Source of the DNA: Xylographa opegraphella
Taxonomy: Eukaryota
Assembly: GCA_022813865.1 (NCBI GenBank)
Contig: JALDZX010000001.1
Coordinates: 434,001-498,000, forward strand
Length of the DNA: 64,000 nt
Reading direction: 5' to 3'
Shown: piece by piece, positions 23,920-38,127 of the stretch
Numbering within the stretch: the first letter of the stretch is position 1
Layout: each line of letters starts with the position of its first letter
Program-made: the position numbers and the translations under genes
The notes under the pieces: generated by a model
What the model saw: the letters and a program-made list of their open reading frames with translations, nothing else
Database searches by the model: none
What the model was told of the DNA's origin: nothing

Positions 23920-24711
23920 ATGTTTTACATGCAATACCTCTCCAGTCAGTTGGTCCATCTGTTCAAACCTTGAATCTTTCCCCTGAAATTCCTCTTCCGA
24001 GTGGTCAATTCGCGAGTTTATGCCCTCCGCGTTGGTCAGGAACTCAGTGGTTCTTTGATATTTGGCAATGATCGTGCTTCTATAGTCGCTATGTAGTACT
24101 TCTTTCTCTGCCTTTCATGAGTACACTTTTCTTTGATTGGTACATTCTCTGGCTTAAGGAACAAGGCCTTTTGCCTTGAGGTAAAAATTTCTGTAGTGCT
24201 GAGCTCCCATTCGCAGTTGTTTGACTGCTTCGCCTGACGTAGTCTGGCTATCTGATTCACGGCTGATGTCGATCCCTATTTAGGTCTGTGCCACCGACGC
24301 CAGTGGCCACAACCCCAATATGAGTCCTACGCTTCACGGAGCGGTGTCAAGTGCGTGGTCAGGGTTAATAATCGCGAGTACCATACAGATACGACCTATG
24401 AAAACGAGGTACTCGCCACAGAAAACGCAGCCATGCGCGCCTACCTGATTTGCCGCAATTTCTCGGTGAATGATGGAAGATACCCGTCAGGGCACAACAA
24501 AAGCGGAGTCTTACAAGGCTTGCCGGTTGCAATCGGGTCAGAACGCCGAAGTTTCTACACAGAGGATACTGAAAGCACTGCAAGCAGTAGTAGTCGTAGT
24601 GGTGGAAGCAGTCCCCGAAGCTATGAAGCACCTCGAAACCATGGAAGTGATCGCCGTGGCAGTGGAATGGGAAGAGTACTCGCTTATAGCATTGGCGGAA
24701 GGCGACGATGA
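23920..24711 (+). CDS. Small conserved fungal dsRBD-like protein; intron 23945-24283
   Basis: Exon 1 MFYMQYLS joins SLCHRRQWPQPQYE...KCVVRVNNREY...LATENAAMRAYLICRNFSVNDG, an alpha-beta-beta-beta-alpha dsRBD-like pattern. Confidence 0.78.
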
Positions 24712-25983
24712 TTTCTGAAATGCGTTTTCCGATTCTGGACACGACGCAAACCTGAAGCACAGTTTCTCTATACGGGCCAGACGGCACAACGATTTGATGA
24801 CTCAAATGACTTCACCAATAACGATACGATGACCGACACGAATTAGAGCTCACAACAACGCAACGTTCATTCGTTTGCAGGCGATTTCTGGCATTAGCGT
24901 AGCATTCCATGTTATCAGTTCTTTCTCCTAGGCCGTTGTACTTATTTGGAGGGAAAATCATGGCATCTTGTTGTAGGGAAAATGGTCTTTCACTGACGCT
25001 CCGTCCAGCATGAATTCTCATTTTGTTGTAGGTTGGATCTATTGGCAGAGATTGAACAATCTGATTCACTCATGGCTATTTCATTCGATACTATTCCGCA
25101 TAGATGCTATTGCATAAGGTAAGGTAATTACAGCACTACCTATAGCACGACGTGAACGGCAATTTCCGCATGAACAGTATTGGAATGTTCGTCGTTATGT
25201 TACGCCAGCTATATCCATACGAGATGGCGCTCTATAGGATTAACTGGTACGCGTGTTGTTGCTACTATTGTCCAATACGGCCAAATGCTCTCACTCATAC
25301 ACTTTTAGTTATGCCCGGTCTCCTCCAACTACTGTACGTGACTGGGCATTGACCGAGCTCCGGACAGCTCTATCACTTGCAACGTCCACATTAGATTATT
25401 TACGAAGATTTACCTTGCATAAGAAGTGGGCATGGCGACAAATGCGTGTAAGCACATCGTAGTTCTTGAAGCAGATTTCTAGCAGAGTGCTATCGAAGAT
25501 GTCGTTTTATTTAGATCTCAGGTAGTAGATCTCGGTCCCAAAGACCATCCAATAGGGAGATAGACCTCTCCAGACATGAATTGTTCATGAGTATGAGCAT
25601 TGTCTAGCACTCTAAGGCGGACGGACAGGAATGTGGAAGCTGCAGAGGAAAAAGGATTGACTTAAGGGCAGAGGTTTGAGACTGAAGGACGATGCGAAAA
25701 ATCGTGTAGACGCAGGTCTCTGGTCGGGCACGATGCTCTTCCCTGTATCTCAGTCACAGCAGAAGTTTTACTATGTAGTACGTGAGAAAGACTGAGATGC
25801 CACGCTGCTGATTAAGCTTATATTCTGATTCGAATGATAATGCTGGTACCCCCTATGCTATTTTCAACTGGAAGCCATGACGCCACATGAGCGATAATTT
25901 CTAGTTTGTGCCTTCCAATTTCAGTGCTTGGATCATGTCGTAACATCCATCTGTGGCTTCTCTGTCATTACCCTGCTTGCCCT

Positions 25984-25998
25984 GGAAGCTTCCGGAAT
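25984..25998. promoter_or_regulatory. Heat shock element (nGAAnnTTCnnGAAn) upstream of polyubiquitin
   Basis: gGAAgcTTCcgGAAt about 250 bp upstream of the ATG. Polyubiquitin is a known Hsf1 target in fungi. Confidence 0.75.
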
Positions 25999-26243
25999 CG
26001 GCTCGCTAAGAAGAGGCAAGACTCAAAAGGCACTAGCGCCACAATGAAGGCAAGTCTTAGTGTAAGGTGGCTCAGTCATCACCCAGACATTCCAGCCTTC
26101 CGCCATAAAAAGGCTTCCATTTCCACCATCCAACCTTCCCATCTACATCTACCCATCTAACATACCGACCTTCCGCAGAACCACTGTCAGAAGTCAAAGC
26201 TTTCACTTACTACATCAGAAATTTCAACAACCTATTCGTAAAC

Positions 26244-27503
<1,260 letters not shown>

Positions 27504-27893
27504 TGTTGCGGAGTTTATCATTTGTTTTTGACTCTTCGGTTTAGCGGGTTGGTGGCCGGATATTTAGGCGTCATCTCTTGATGCATGCTCCTACAAGTGG
27601 GCAGCTTAGGTAGACATTCCATGATACCAGAAAGTTACACCATACACTGTTCCAGAGTCCTTGATCGTCGCTATTTTGTGAATGCACCTACTGATATGAT
27701 GTTAATCTCTCAATGCCCAAGCGAGCAAATTCTACGAATGTTGTAATACTAGTCTAGTTATTCTCTTCTTCGAATGCGGTGGATTGGCCGGAGGTTGCTC
27801 CATCATGAATATAAGTGACACTTGCGCTTTGCTAGCCGCGGAGAATCCTATCAAGTGCCAACCCTCCTGCAATATGACTTATTGAAATCACTG

Positions 27894-30041
27894 ATGCCTA
27901 CGTTCTTCTTTCACATTGCTATCGACCTTGCCCGATCCCCAGAAACCATACTCTGCCCTACTACCGATATCTTCCAGACTCTCAACAACAAGTCTCAGTC
28001 CGCTTGCACCAAAGGCTGGACTCACACGAGAAAAAAGTCTCCACAGTGTATTCCCGAGGAAAAATTTGGAGCTTCTGTTCACAGAATCAACGGATTGTCA
28101 ATAGGTTTGGGCGGTGATTCTGGACACTTCGCAAGTGTCAATCACAATCAGCAGCAACAGCATTCGAGCACCCCGACCGGGAGTAGTATATCCAATGACT
28201 GGAGGTGTGACAGCATATCGTTACAGAGGATTGACATGCTGTCCCGTACGACGACTGGAGATAATGAGCAAAGAGACAAGCTTAACGGGCACATCACGAA
28301 TGGTCTAGGAGCAGGCTCCGGTGGTCTTGCTACAAAAGGGGGATATGAGCCAACAGAACTGGAAGAAGATGATCTAGGTTGGGGTGTGGTGCGACTGTAT
28401 AGAGATGCTGAGGAGACCCCAGGGCTTTACGATGAGGTGGCTTCAAATAAGAGCTCTAAGCATGGCAGAGGAGTGTCGAGACTCAATGACTCGAATGAGA
28501 GGCCTTCATTCAAAGATGAAGATTGTACCACGCTATGCATTCTGGCTGTGCCTTCATACCTGACACCCTCCGATTTTCTGGGATTTGTAGGAGAGAAGAC
28601 AAGGGAAGAGGTAAGTCATTTTAGGATGATACGGACAGAGCGGGGAAACAGGTATATGGTGCTCATGAAATTCCGGAGCGGAAAGAAAGCGAGAGAGTGG
28701 GGAAAGGAGTGGAACGGGAAGGTCTTCAACAGCATGGAGGTAAGTCTTCTTATGGTCCAGTGTCTAGTCAGAGGACTAATGTATTCTCAAAAGCCCGAGA
28801 ATTGCCATGTTGTATTTGTTAAGTCGATCGAGTTTCGGGCACTTGAGAATACTGGACAAGCAAGCTCTTTCCCGGACATGACAAACGATCCTTTTACTCC
28901 GTCCAAATCGAAAACCGACAGCTCGACGGCTCTATCGGCCAAGGGACAATTGTCTTCACTACCTTCCACATCTCTGAATACGAAGCCCCTAGCACCTCCA
29001 ACTCCAGCTCTCGTTGAACTTCCCACGTGCCCTGTATGTTTAGAGCGCATGGATGAGTCAACGGGGCTGCTAACAATCCTCTGTCAACATGTCTTCCATT
29101 GCTCGTGCTTACAGAAATGGAGAGGAAGCGGCTGTCCCGTCTGTCGGTATACTCAAGATGACCTTAGCAAAAGATTACATAGCTCGGATGTTGAAGCCGG
29201 CCTCAACGAGTGTGCCATTTGTCGATCAGACTCTAATCTCTGGATATGTCTAATATGCGGTGCCGTTGGTTGCGGACGCTATGATGCCGCTCACGCTTTC
29301 CTCCACTATCAAGAATCATCCCACTGTTTTGCTATGGACCTCACGACACAACGCGTGTGGGACTATGCGTCTGATGGTTATGTGCATCGGATTGTTCAAA
29401 ACAAGACAGATGGGAAGCTCCTGGAGCTGCCATCCACGAACGATACCTCGCTTCCTCTGGACGACATTACCGATGATTACCTCCCTCGAGAAAAACTCGG
29501 CTCTATCGGTCTCGAGTACACTCACCTGCTCACATCACAGCTTGAGTCTCAACGCCTATACTTTGAAGAGAAGGTAGAGCGGGCAGCCGACAAGGCGTCC
29601 CAAGCTACTTCGGCTGCCACGAAAGCTTCTGAGTCTGCTTCGGAAGCTTTATCACAACTCCAAGACCTACAAGCTGCTCACGATAATCTTATCAAAGACA
29701 TAATTCCAACCCTAGAACGTGACCGTGATCGCGCTCTCCGCAAGGCTGAAAAATTCGAGGGCATGGCAAGGAAGCTTGAGAAGGAGTGGAGGGAGGAGAA
29801 GGCACTCGGAGGTAGTCTGATGGAGAGAGTCCAGTTACTGGACTCCGAAGCCGGAAAGTTGAGACTTGAGAACGCGGAATTGAAAGAGCAGAACAGGGAT
29901 CTGGGTTTTTTCATTAGTGGTGCCGCGAAGCTGAGGGAGGCGGGTTTGGGAGAGGAGGTAGTGGAAGGAACGGTGAGTCTGCCTGAAGTGGAAAAGGGAC
30001 CTGGAGGGCGGAAGAAAGGGAAAGGGAAGTCGAAGACATGA
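27894..30041 (+). CDS. ETP1: BRAP2/IMP-type RING-H2 and ZnF-UBP ubiquitin ligase; intron 28740-28793
   Basis: BRAP2 domain (TTLCILAVP...RYMVLMKF...FNSME-PENCHVVF), ELPTCPVCLERMD RING, LWICLICGAVGCGRY ZnF-UBP and a coiled-coil tail. Confidence 0.93.
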   Translation: MPTFFFHIAIDLARSPETILCPTTDIFQTLNNKSQSACTKGWTHTRKKSPQCIPEEKFGASVHRINGLSIGLGGDSGHFASVNHNQQQQHSSTPTGSSISNDWRCDSISLQRIDMLSRTTTGDNEQRDKLNGHITNGLGAGSGGLATKGGYEPTELEEDDLGWGVVRLYRDAEETPGLYDEVASNKSSKHGRGVSRLNDSNERPSFKDEDCTTLCILAVPSYLTPSDFLGFVGEKTREEVSHFRMIRTERGNRYMVLMKFRSGKKAREWGKEWNGKVFNSMEVSLLMVQCLVRGLMYSQKPENCHVVFVKSIEFRALENTGQASSFPDMTNDPFTPSKSKTDSSTALSAKGQLSSLPSTSLNTKPLAPPTPALVELPTCPVCLERMDESTGLLTILCQHVFHCSCLQKWRGSGCPVCRYTQDDLSKRLHSSDVEAGLNECAICRSDSNLWICLICGAVGCGRYDAAHAFLHYQESSHCFAMDLTTQRVWDYASDGYVHRIVQNKTDGKLLELPSTNDTSLPLDDITDDYLPREKLGSIGLEYTHLLTSQLESQRLYFEEKVERAADKASQATSAATKASESASEALSQLQDLQAAHDNLIKDIIPTLERDRDRALRKAEKFEGMARKLEKEWREEKALGGSLMERVQLLDSEAGKLRLENAELKEQNRDLGFFISGAAKLREAGLGEEVVEGTVSLPEVEKGPGGRKKGKGKSKT

Positions 30042-30383
30042 TGAATTGTTCCCCTTACGAGCTTGGTATGCATTGCTGGTATTTTCGTATTGAGGATTTG
30101 CATGATACCCCTGAAGCTCTTTGCAAGCGATTCGAAATTGATAATCATCAGAGACCTCTATGCAATCTATGCAACGTCCGTCAACGTGACAGGTAGTGCT
30201 ATTGATGTCTGCCTCTTCATTTTCAAGAAATTCTATCATAAATCTCTGGTGCAATCTGGAGCAGCTTTGCCGTTTAGCAAAATCCCACAACATCTGCCCC
30301 ATCTGATGAACGCTTGAGAGGGCCACAGCCCACACTCCATACTCCTACCAGTAAATAAACATTTTTCTGTACCCAATGAACCC

Positions 30384-31115
30384 TTACCCAGCCGTCTCCT
30401 TCACCTTCCCGGCCTCCGGCGGTTCGTCTACAAACGTCGGCACCTCATCCCTCATGAACGCCGGCAATTCGCTCTCGCCCATAGCGCCGCCCATCTCGAA
30501 TTCCGCCTCCTCCCCCAGCGCTTCCAGCTCCGCATCTAGCTCGGCCTCATCCACATCCTCTGGCACATCGTACGCTCTACCCAAGCTCTCCTGGATCTCG
30601 TTACCCACCTCCATTAAGTCCGCCATCTCGTCCTGCATCCTCTCGATCTTATCGATATTGATCTTCCCATACTGCTGCTTGAGGGTTTTGTTGGTGGTCT
30701 TCATGGCATCCACGGTGGTCATCACGTTCTTGAGGTTCGAGGTCATCATGTCCGCTTGTTCCATGTTCCAGGATTGCTGTTGGAGCTGGTCGCGCTGCGA
30801 CTCGTACATCTTGCGCCGTTGCAGGATCTTCAGCGCTTTGGCTTTGATGGCGGATTTGCCGGGGCCATCGCGCATTTTCGAGAGCCGTGCTTGGTGCGTT
30901 TGCAGCTCGGCGTTGAGTTTGGCGAGTTTGACGTCGAGCGATTCGATGTGCGTGTCGACCTGTCACAGGGGAGGTATTTAGTATTATATGCTTTTTTATT
31001 GGGACTGTAGAAGAGAGGTTCAGAGCATGCGATGATTTGTCAGACGTACATTAGAGATGGCGCTGGTGAGGGTCGGCTTGGGAGCCGTGCTCTTCGAGCC
31101 AAAGAGGCGGTTCAT
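30384..31115 (-). CDS. VPS60: ESCRT-III-associated Snf7-family protein Vps60/CHMP5; intron 30960-31049
   Basis: MNRLFGSKSTAPKPTL...KALKILQRRKMYESQRDQLQQQSWNMEQA...EIQESLGRAYDVPEDVDEAELDAEL. Confidence 0.95.
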
Positions 31116-31802
31116 GTTGGTTAAAAGAAATGTTGGCTGTAGAGAATCTCTGAACTACCCTCGCGGTTGCCGGGTCCACGTGGAAGGGGTTGCATACAAT
31201 AACCGCATCTCCTTCATGAAGGCCCATTCGTCCCCAAAGTCTGATGAAGCTTTTGACCAGCGTCATACCACTCGCAAAAGGTCCCGCCGCTAACAGCCAG
31301 CGGTGTAGGGCTGACCACTTTCTACCGCCAGACCACGAGGTCAGGAAAGGATAAGCGTGCACTAGCAGCCCATGAACCACGAGGAAGCCACCGGCAGTTC
31401 CAGCATCTAAAGGAGAAACAGGAGCAATCGGCTACGAGATCAGATCGGCATTTGCAAGATAAAGAGCACCATGTTTCACGCATCCAGTTGACGAGTCTGT
31501 GCCGTATCGGCGTTTCGTGTGGCATTTTACCTCTGCATGCCACGAGTACCAGCATTAAACACTTACCACATTTTAATTGCGTAGACTTCTTTCTGCTCTG
31601 CTCCCTAGCGGATACGACGACCTTTGGTCTCATCGTCCTGCCATTGCGGGCGCGCTGTTACTTTGTGTACACATCTGTGGTTTTTATATACGACTTCGCT
31701 GAGTGTCGCATGACCACCACCGAGTCCTTCGCGCGTCAAACTCGATCCTTCAACCGCTCTCCGCCAATCCGTCCTGTGTAAGATCATTCTGTACAGTGCA
31801 AC

Positions 31803-34800
31803 ATGTTCTGGCGCTTTGGCGGCTACGCCAATGTTTCCACTCTTGATACTATCCTCGACAAACCTGATGTTACACTCGAAGAACTCCTTGACGAGTCGGA
31901 CCTCATTCAAGAGCTAAAGCAACATAACACAAAGCTGATCGAATATTTACGGGATGAAAATGTGTTGCGGAGATTGCTGGAATATGTTGTTGCCCCTCCA
32001 CTATTCAATCCTGAGGACGAGGAGGAAGAGGTGGAGGAAGAGGAACCCGAGCCTATCAAGAAAAAGACATTCAGTCCTGTGAGAAGCCTCAGCCTAGGCA
32101 GGTCAAAGGAGGATAAAGCAAGGACTAAACGTCAAGAAGAACGTGAGGAGCAAGAGAAGGCCGACAAAGCAAGGCAAAAATATGCATATACTGCATGTGA
32201 AATTCTGGCATCGGAAACTTGGTCTATAATCGAAGCTCTCATGGACAATCAACAACACTTACGGCAATTCTGGGAATTTCTGAGACGTGAGCCAGCGCTT
32301 GATCCTACCTCGGCTAGCTATTTTACCAAGATCAACGAGACTTTGTTGGATAAGAAGACCGAAGATACTTTGGATTTCGTGAAATCTTTGGATGGGATCA
32401 TTCCAGCCATGCTACAACACGTTGATTGTCCCATGGTAATGGATTTACTTCTTAAGATTATTAGCATGGAAAAGGCGGAAGGAGGTCAGGGCATAGTGGA
32501 TGTAGGGCTGTTATCATTCCATGACTCAAATCTGTCTGACATCAATGTAGTGGCTCCAAAGTCAGAACTTAATGCCGTTACTTCTAGGCTATCTTGGCAA
32601 ACAACACCCAACATTCACACAGACGTCCGCCGGAGACTTTATCAAGGCCATAATTACCATCTCTGCGAATGCGTCTCAGAACGAACAGTCATGTATAGGT
32701 CCCAACAGTCTAACAAGACAATTAGTCTCCGAGACGTGCATCGAATCACTCATTGCAGACATGCTCAGGGGTGGCAATCCGCTTACTGTCGGCGTCGGCA
32801 TTGTTATAGAAGTTATTCGGAAGAACAACTCCGATTATGATCCAGAGGTGGGCCCCGGACAGGACTTGGCGCCATCAAGCAGTGATCCTATATATCTTGG
32901 CACACTATTACGACTATTTGCGAAACATGTTCCTGATTTTACCGAACTAATTCTAAGTCCCAATCACGCCGTAAGTGATGGGCATACTACTGTAGTGGTC
33001 AAGAGAAAAGAACTCAAGGTGGCTTTTGGCACCTCGATCGAACCGCTTGGATTCGATCGTTTTAAGACGTGCGAATTAATGGCCGAGCTCCTTCATTGCA
33101 GTAACATGGGTCTACTAAATGAAAGAGGCAGTGAAGCATTCGTCAAACAACGAGATCAAGAACGAGAAAAGCTCAAGGCCGAGGGTTCCCTGCTGAAGAA
33201 CAGAGAGCCGCAGTCTGCAGTCACGGAATTTTCCGAAGACAGTACAGGATACCAAAACGGTGGTTCTCCTTTAGGTCTCGGCTCTGGATCGCCAGAAGAG
33301 ATTAGGAAACTGGAAGTCGCAAACAGTGCAGAAGACGATGGCTTCGAGGATGTGGGCGCATCTGGGGACTTGTCGGATGAAATTAAGGATGACTTTGATG
33401 ACAAGAGCCCGTTCGAACTTGAATCGAACGTTGCGCAATCCGCAAGTCCCATAAAGCCTATAAAACCAAGATTGGATCTCGATGAAGAATTTTTCGACGA
33501 ACCACTTACATCACCACGATTACAGCCACTAGAAGAGACAGAATTTGACCTGAGCAGCCAATCTGTACCGCCTGCGAAAGCGTCTGAACCGGCATCGCCG
33601 ACCTCTGCGGTAACGTCCGGAGTTCGTGAACTCGACCTTGAGGGCCACGTCGACTCGGCTACTGAACAATCCACATCATCAGCACAACAAACACCAGCCG
33701 GTGACCTGATAGAAGAGATCAAATCACAAGTATTACCACAACTGCAGACTTCGACATCTGATGCTCCACCATTACCCCGTAGAGACCGCAACCTAATGCC
33801 TTCGACTGAGCCTCTGGAGCTAAGCAGTCCACAAGGAATTTCACCACACCCGGATGACAAGCCTGCACCACTCTTTGCCTCTCGATCTGACGACGTCGCC
33901 GTGCCGTCAGAAGCGGAATCTAAACTACCAGGAGACTCTAGGGGTGCAAGTGGTAGTCAGGATACTATTGACACAACGCTCGGCGAGGAAGGCGATAGCG
34001 CTCGATCACCGCTAGCAGATAATGACCAGAGCTTCGCACCTCACATCGAGAATGATGTAGACGGCCAGCCAATAGTGGGTGATTTCTTAAAGATGATGTT
34101 CGTGGACCACGAGGTTGTTCCCACGATTCTTGTAAGATTGATAAATCTCTCTTAATCGTTGCGTTTACTAACAACTACTGGCAAAGGATTTCTTTTTTAG
34201 GTTCCCATGGAACAACTTCCTTCATAATGTAGTATATGACGTTGTACAACAGGTGTTTAATGGACCAATGGACAGAGGCTATAATCGGTCTCTAGCAATC
34301 GACATGTTTCAAACTGGCCGCATTACGGAACGCATCATAGAGGGACAATTACGAAGTGACGAAGCACAGGCGCGGAATAACATGCGACTAGGGTATATGG
34401 GTCATCTGACTCTGATTGCTGAAGAAGTGGTGAAATTCAGCGAAAGACATCCAGCAGAGCTGCTTTCTCCGATAGTGCTTGATAAAGTCACAAGCAATCT
34501 GTGGAGTGACTATGTGGAATATAAGCTTGCAGAGACCCGTGAAAGGGATGCCGCTATACTTGGAGGTGTACGTCCCGATCTGGCTCTCGGTCCTCGACAG
34601 GCTGTGCTAAACGCTGTTAACGCGGCTCACGGCTATGGTAATGGGGCCTCAAATGCCCTTGCTAATGCAGGACTCAATGGTGGTGGATCCGGCTTAGATT
34701 CTATGGATCTCACATCCTCCAATGCGGGCTCTGGAACGGCCTCTCTCGGTCTCAGTGGCGGTTCCTTGTTGAGCGGATTTGGAAGCTCCAGCGATGAGGA

Positions 34801-35928
34801 AGACGAGGAGATGGAGGAGATGGTCGAAGGCGAAGAAGGCCCTGCGGCCAACTCGGAACAAGTGGGTGATTTTTCTTTCGAGGACATCAACATGACTGAT
34901 GCATGACTTCCACATCGAGAGAGATATTTTTGGCACGCTAATGTCGTCTGCTATGTACATCAGGCATTCTTAGCATCGCGATGGCGGAGCTTGCATATAT
35001 GGGTGTATGGGAAATTTTGAGTGGCGAGACTTTCAGCGCTTGATAGGTCGGTAGACAATCAAGCACTGGCGTCTCGGAGCTCTGCTTTCCATAGGCTCGT
35101 AATGTGCTGTGCTCGTTTCCTTCACTGTGGTCGCCCTACCTATCCCCCTCCTTGTTCTTGCATCCTGTACCATTTGGTCCCAGTCCTCCCATACCCGATC
35201 TTCTGGCCTCCCATTTGTACTCTGCCCCCAGATCTACTGGCTTTCATCCGAACTCTTCCCTCCTATTATTATACACATATCCATTCCAGACTCAGCTAAT
35301 CAACTCACAGTATTCCGCATACGCGCCCTCCACCCTCTCTGCTCTCTCCATTTTCTCTCCCCCGCTAGACCCTCCAGCCTCCACCTCCGGCGACACGCAC
35401 CCAGCGCCCATCCCGCCACCCCTCAACATTCCCCCTTCCCGCGCCCGCCGCCAACTCGCCGCCCGCCTCGCGATGCACGGCAAGACTGCCTCGCCGCTCA
35501 CCTCCCCCAACGAAGACACATCCTCGCCCGCGCAAGCTAGCCTCAATGCCATCCTCGCCGCGCCCCCGCCAGGCACCCACAGCAGCGAGCGCGTCGGCCT
35601 CACGGCCACCACCAACGACGGCGACAGCATCATCCGCGAGGCCATCACGAGCCAGAAAAGCGAAACCCCGTTCGGGGACCTGGCGGACCTGGGATTAGCT
35701 CCGGATACGGCCTCCGATATGGGGGAGAAGAGGTGGGCGGGCGATTGGGTGGATTTTGAGGAGGGGGATGAGGATGGGACTAGGGGGATTGACGACGATG
35801 AGGGGGAGGATGTTCCAATTGGGTTGGTAGTTGATGAGGGGGAAGGGGATAGTGATGAGGAGAGGGGGCGGATGGTGGGGGTGAGGAAGGCGAGGATTAG
35901 GAGCTTGTTGGAAGATGAGGAGGACTGA
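31803..35928 (+). CDS. SIT4/PP6 phosphatase-associated SAPS-family protein (Sap155/185/190-like); shorter isoform stops at 34906
   Basis: MFWRFGGY...LEELLDESDLIQELK, PLGFDRFKTCELMAELLHCSNM, FFRFPWNNFLHNVVYD, RLGYMGHLTLIAEEVVKF. Introns at about 32502-32550, 34132-34186 and 34862-35310. Confidence 0.93.
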
Positions 35929-36407
35929 AGCGAAACTGGGAGGGAGAAACATGTTTGAGAGGAGCGCGATAAAGATGTGTTGGTCGGTGAGGTGTACGAT
36001 ACGCGATCTCTCACACGGCAACGTAAAGACAGGATTGTAGAAGGGGGCATGTGGCGCGTGGTGACGGCGGGTGCATAGCGCTTTATATCCCTGATTTTCT
36101 ATACGGAAATGCTGGAGCAGTCAGATCAGTCGTTCTGTAAGATATTGTGGGGAGCTTGAGTTTGTATAGTAGCAGCTTGCAATCAGTAGGTCTTTGAATG
36201 TTTTAGGCTTGTTAAACAGCTGGGTGTATTTATGCTGTGATTATATGCACGATGACTCCATGTAGTAATGATAGGTTATTCATTGGCAGTCTTCACGTGG
36301 TGCGCTTCTGGATTACCTTCACGAATCAAGCGAGCGATCCTCCAATAGACAATACCACAAATCACTCTAACGTTGTGTAACCTCCGAACCGATCCTTCCT
36401 AATAGTC

Positions 36408-38127
36408 ATGCCTTCTCTCCCCGCTCCTGTCATACTTATTCTGCTCTTCGTCCTAATCTATAGATACCTGATTCAGCCTCTTTCCTCCCCGCTTGCCCGT
36501 GTCCCCGCTGCACACTTCTCCGCACACTTCTCCCCTCTCTGGATTCTGCTTATCCGCCGTAGAGGCCGCGAAAATCGCACTCTTCTAGCCTGCCACGAGA
36601 AATTGGGTCCGATCATAAGACTTGGCCCCAATGAGCTGAGCGTAAACTGTGTGGACGGGGGAATTCGGACGATTTATAGTGGGGGCTTCGAGAAACATGG
36701 ATGGTACCCGAATGTGTTTGATAATTATGGGTATCTTGTATTTTCCTTCCTTTGAGACAATCTAGTTGAGGCTGATGGCTGTAGGGTACCCTGCATGTTC
36801 TCCATGGCGAACAGCAAGCCGCACTCGGTCAGGAAGCGGATGATTTCGAATGTGTACTCGAAGTCTTACCTGCAGAACTCGCCGGAGATGCTTGAGATCT
36901 CGCAGGTTCTACTATATCAGCGGCTACTGCCGGTGATAGAGTCTCTTGCGAAGGAGGGAAAGGAGGTTGATGTGCATGAGCTAAATTTTGCGGCTACGAT
37001 GGACTTCATTAATGCCTATCTCTTCGGGCTGGAAAATGGATCCAATTTCATTGAGGATGTCACTTATCGGAAGCATTTCCTGGCTCTCTACCACAGCAGG
37101 AAGACGTATACGTTCTGGCCGCAGGAGATGCCGAAGCTGACCTCCTTCATGCACAATCTGGGCATTCGTTTAGTACCACAATTCGTGGATGCGGCGAACC
37201 GGGAGATTGAGGATTGGTGCTTGAGCATGTGTAAAGGGGTTGAAAAGAGTTTGGAGATGCGTGCAACAACCACTGACACAATCCCACCGCCTGTAGTATA
37301 CTCCCAGCTGGCAGACTCCTTGATGGCCTCGTCTACTAAATCGGCTCCGGAAAATACCTTTCATCCACAGGATCTGACAATCGCTTCCGAAATGCTCGAC
37401 CATCTCGCCGCCGGCCACGAAACATCCGGTATCACTCTGACCTTTCTGATGCACGAGCTCTCCCAGCGCCCAAGAATGCAAGCCAGCCTCCGCGAAGAGC
37501 TCCTGACACTTTCACCAACCCTCTCCTACAAGCCCAGTACTATAAATGAAGACCAGAAACCCAACCTCCCAGCACTTCCTTCGTCACGAGCCCTCGACGC
37601 CCTGCCTATTCTTCACGCTCTCCTCCTCGAGACCCTTCGTCTCCACGCCGCCATTCCCGGTCCCCAACCGCGCGTCACTCCTTCCACCCCCACCGCTCTA
37701 GCCGGCTACAGCGACATCCCACCTAATACCCGGGTGTCCGCTCTTCCATACACATTGCATCGAAACGCGGCTGTATTCCCCGATCCGCATGCCTGGAAGC
37801 CTGAGCGATGGCTTGAAGCAGGTAAGGAGGAGAAAGAAGAGATGATGCGCTGGTTCTGGACGTTCGGGAGCGGAGGACGGATGTGCATTGGCAGCAACTT
37901 CGCTATGCAAGGTCAGTTTGCAATTGATTTGAATTTCTATAGAGCTGGTGCTGATGGGTTCGTTGTGTGGCGTAGAGATGAAAGCCCACCTTGCGGCGGT
38001 CTATACCAACTACACGACGAGTGTTGTCGATGACACGGGCATCGAGCAGGAGGATGCATATACGGCCGGGCCGGTGGGGAATAAGCTCATTTTAAAATTT
38101 GCCCGTGTGGAAGAAGGTTTCACATAA
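36408..38127 (+). CDS. Cytochrome P450 monooxygenase, 2 introns
   Basis: N-terminal membrane anchor, I-helix AGHETS, K-helix ETLR, WKPERW and heme motif FGSGGRMCIG. The last exon ends ...VEEGFT*. Confidence 0.95.
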
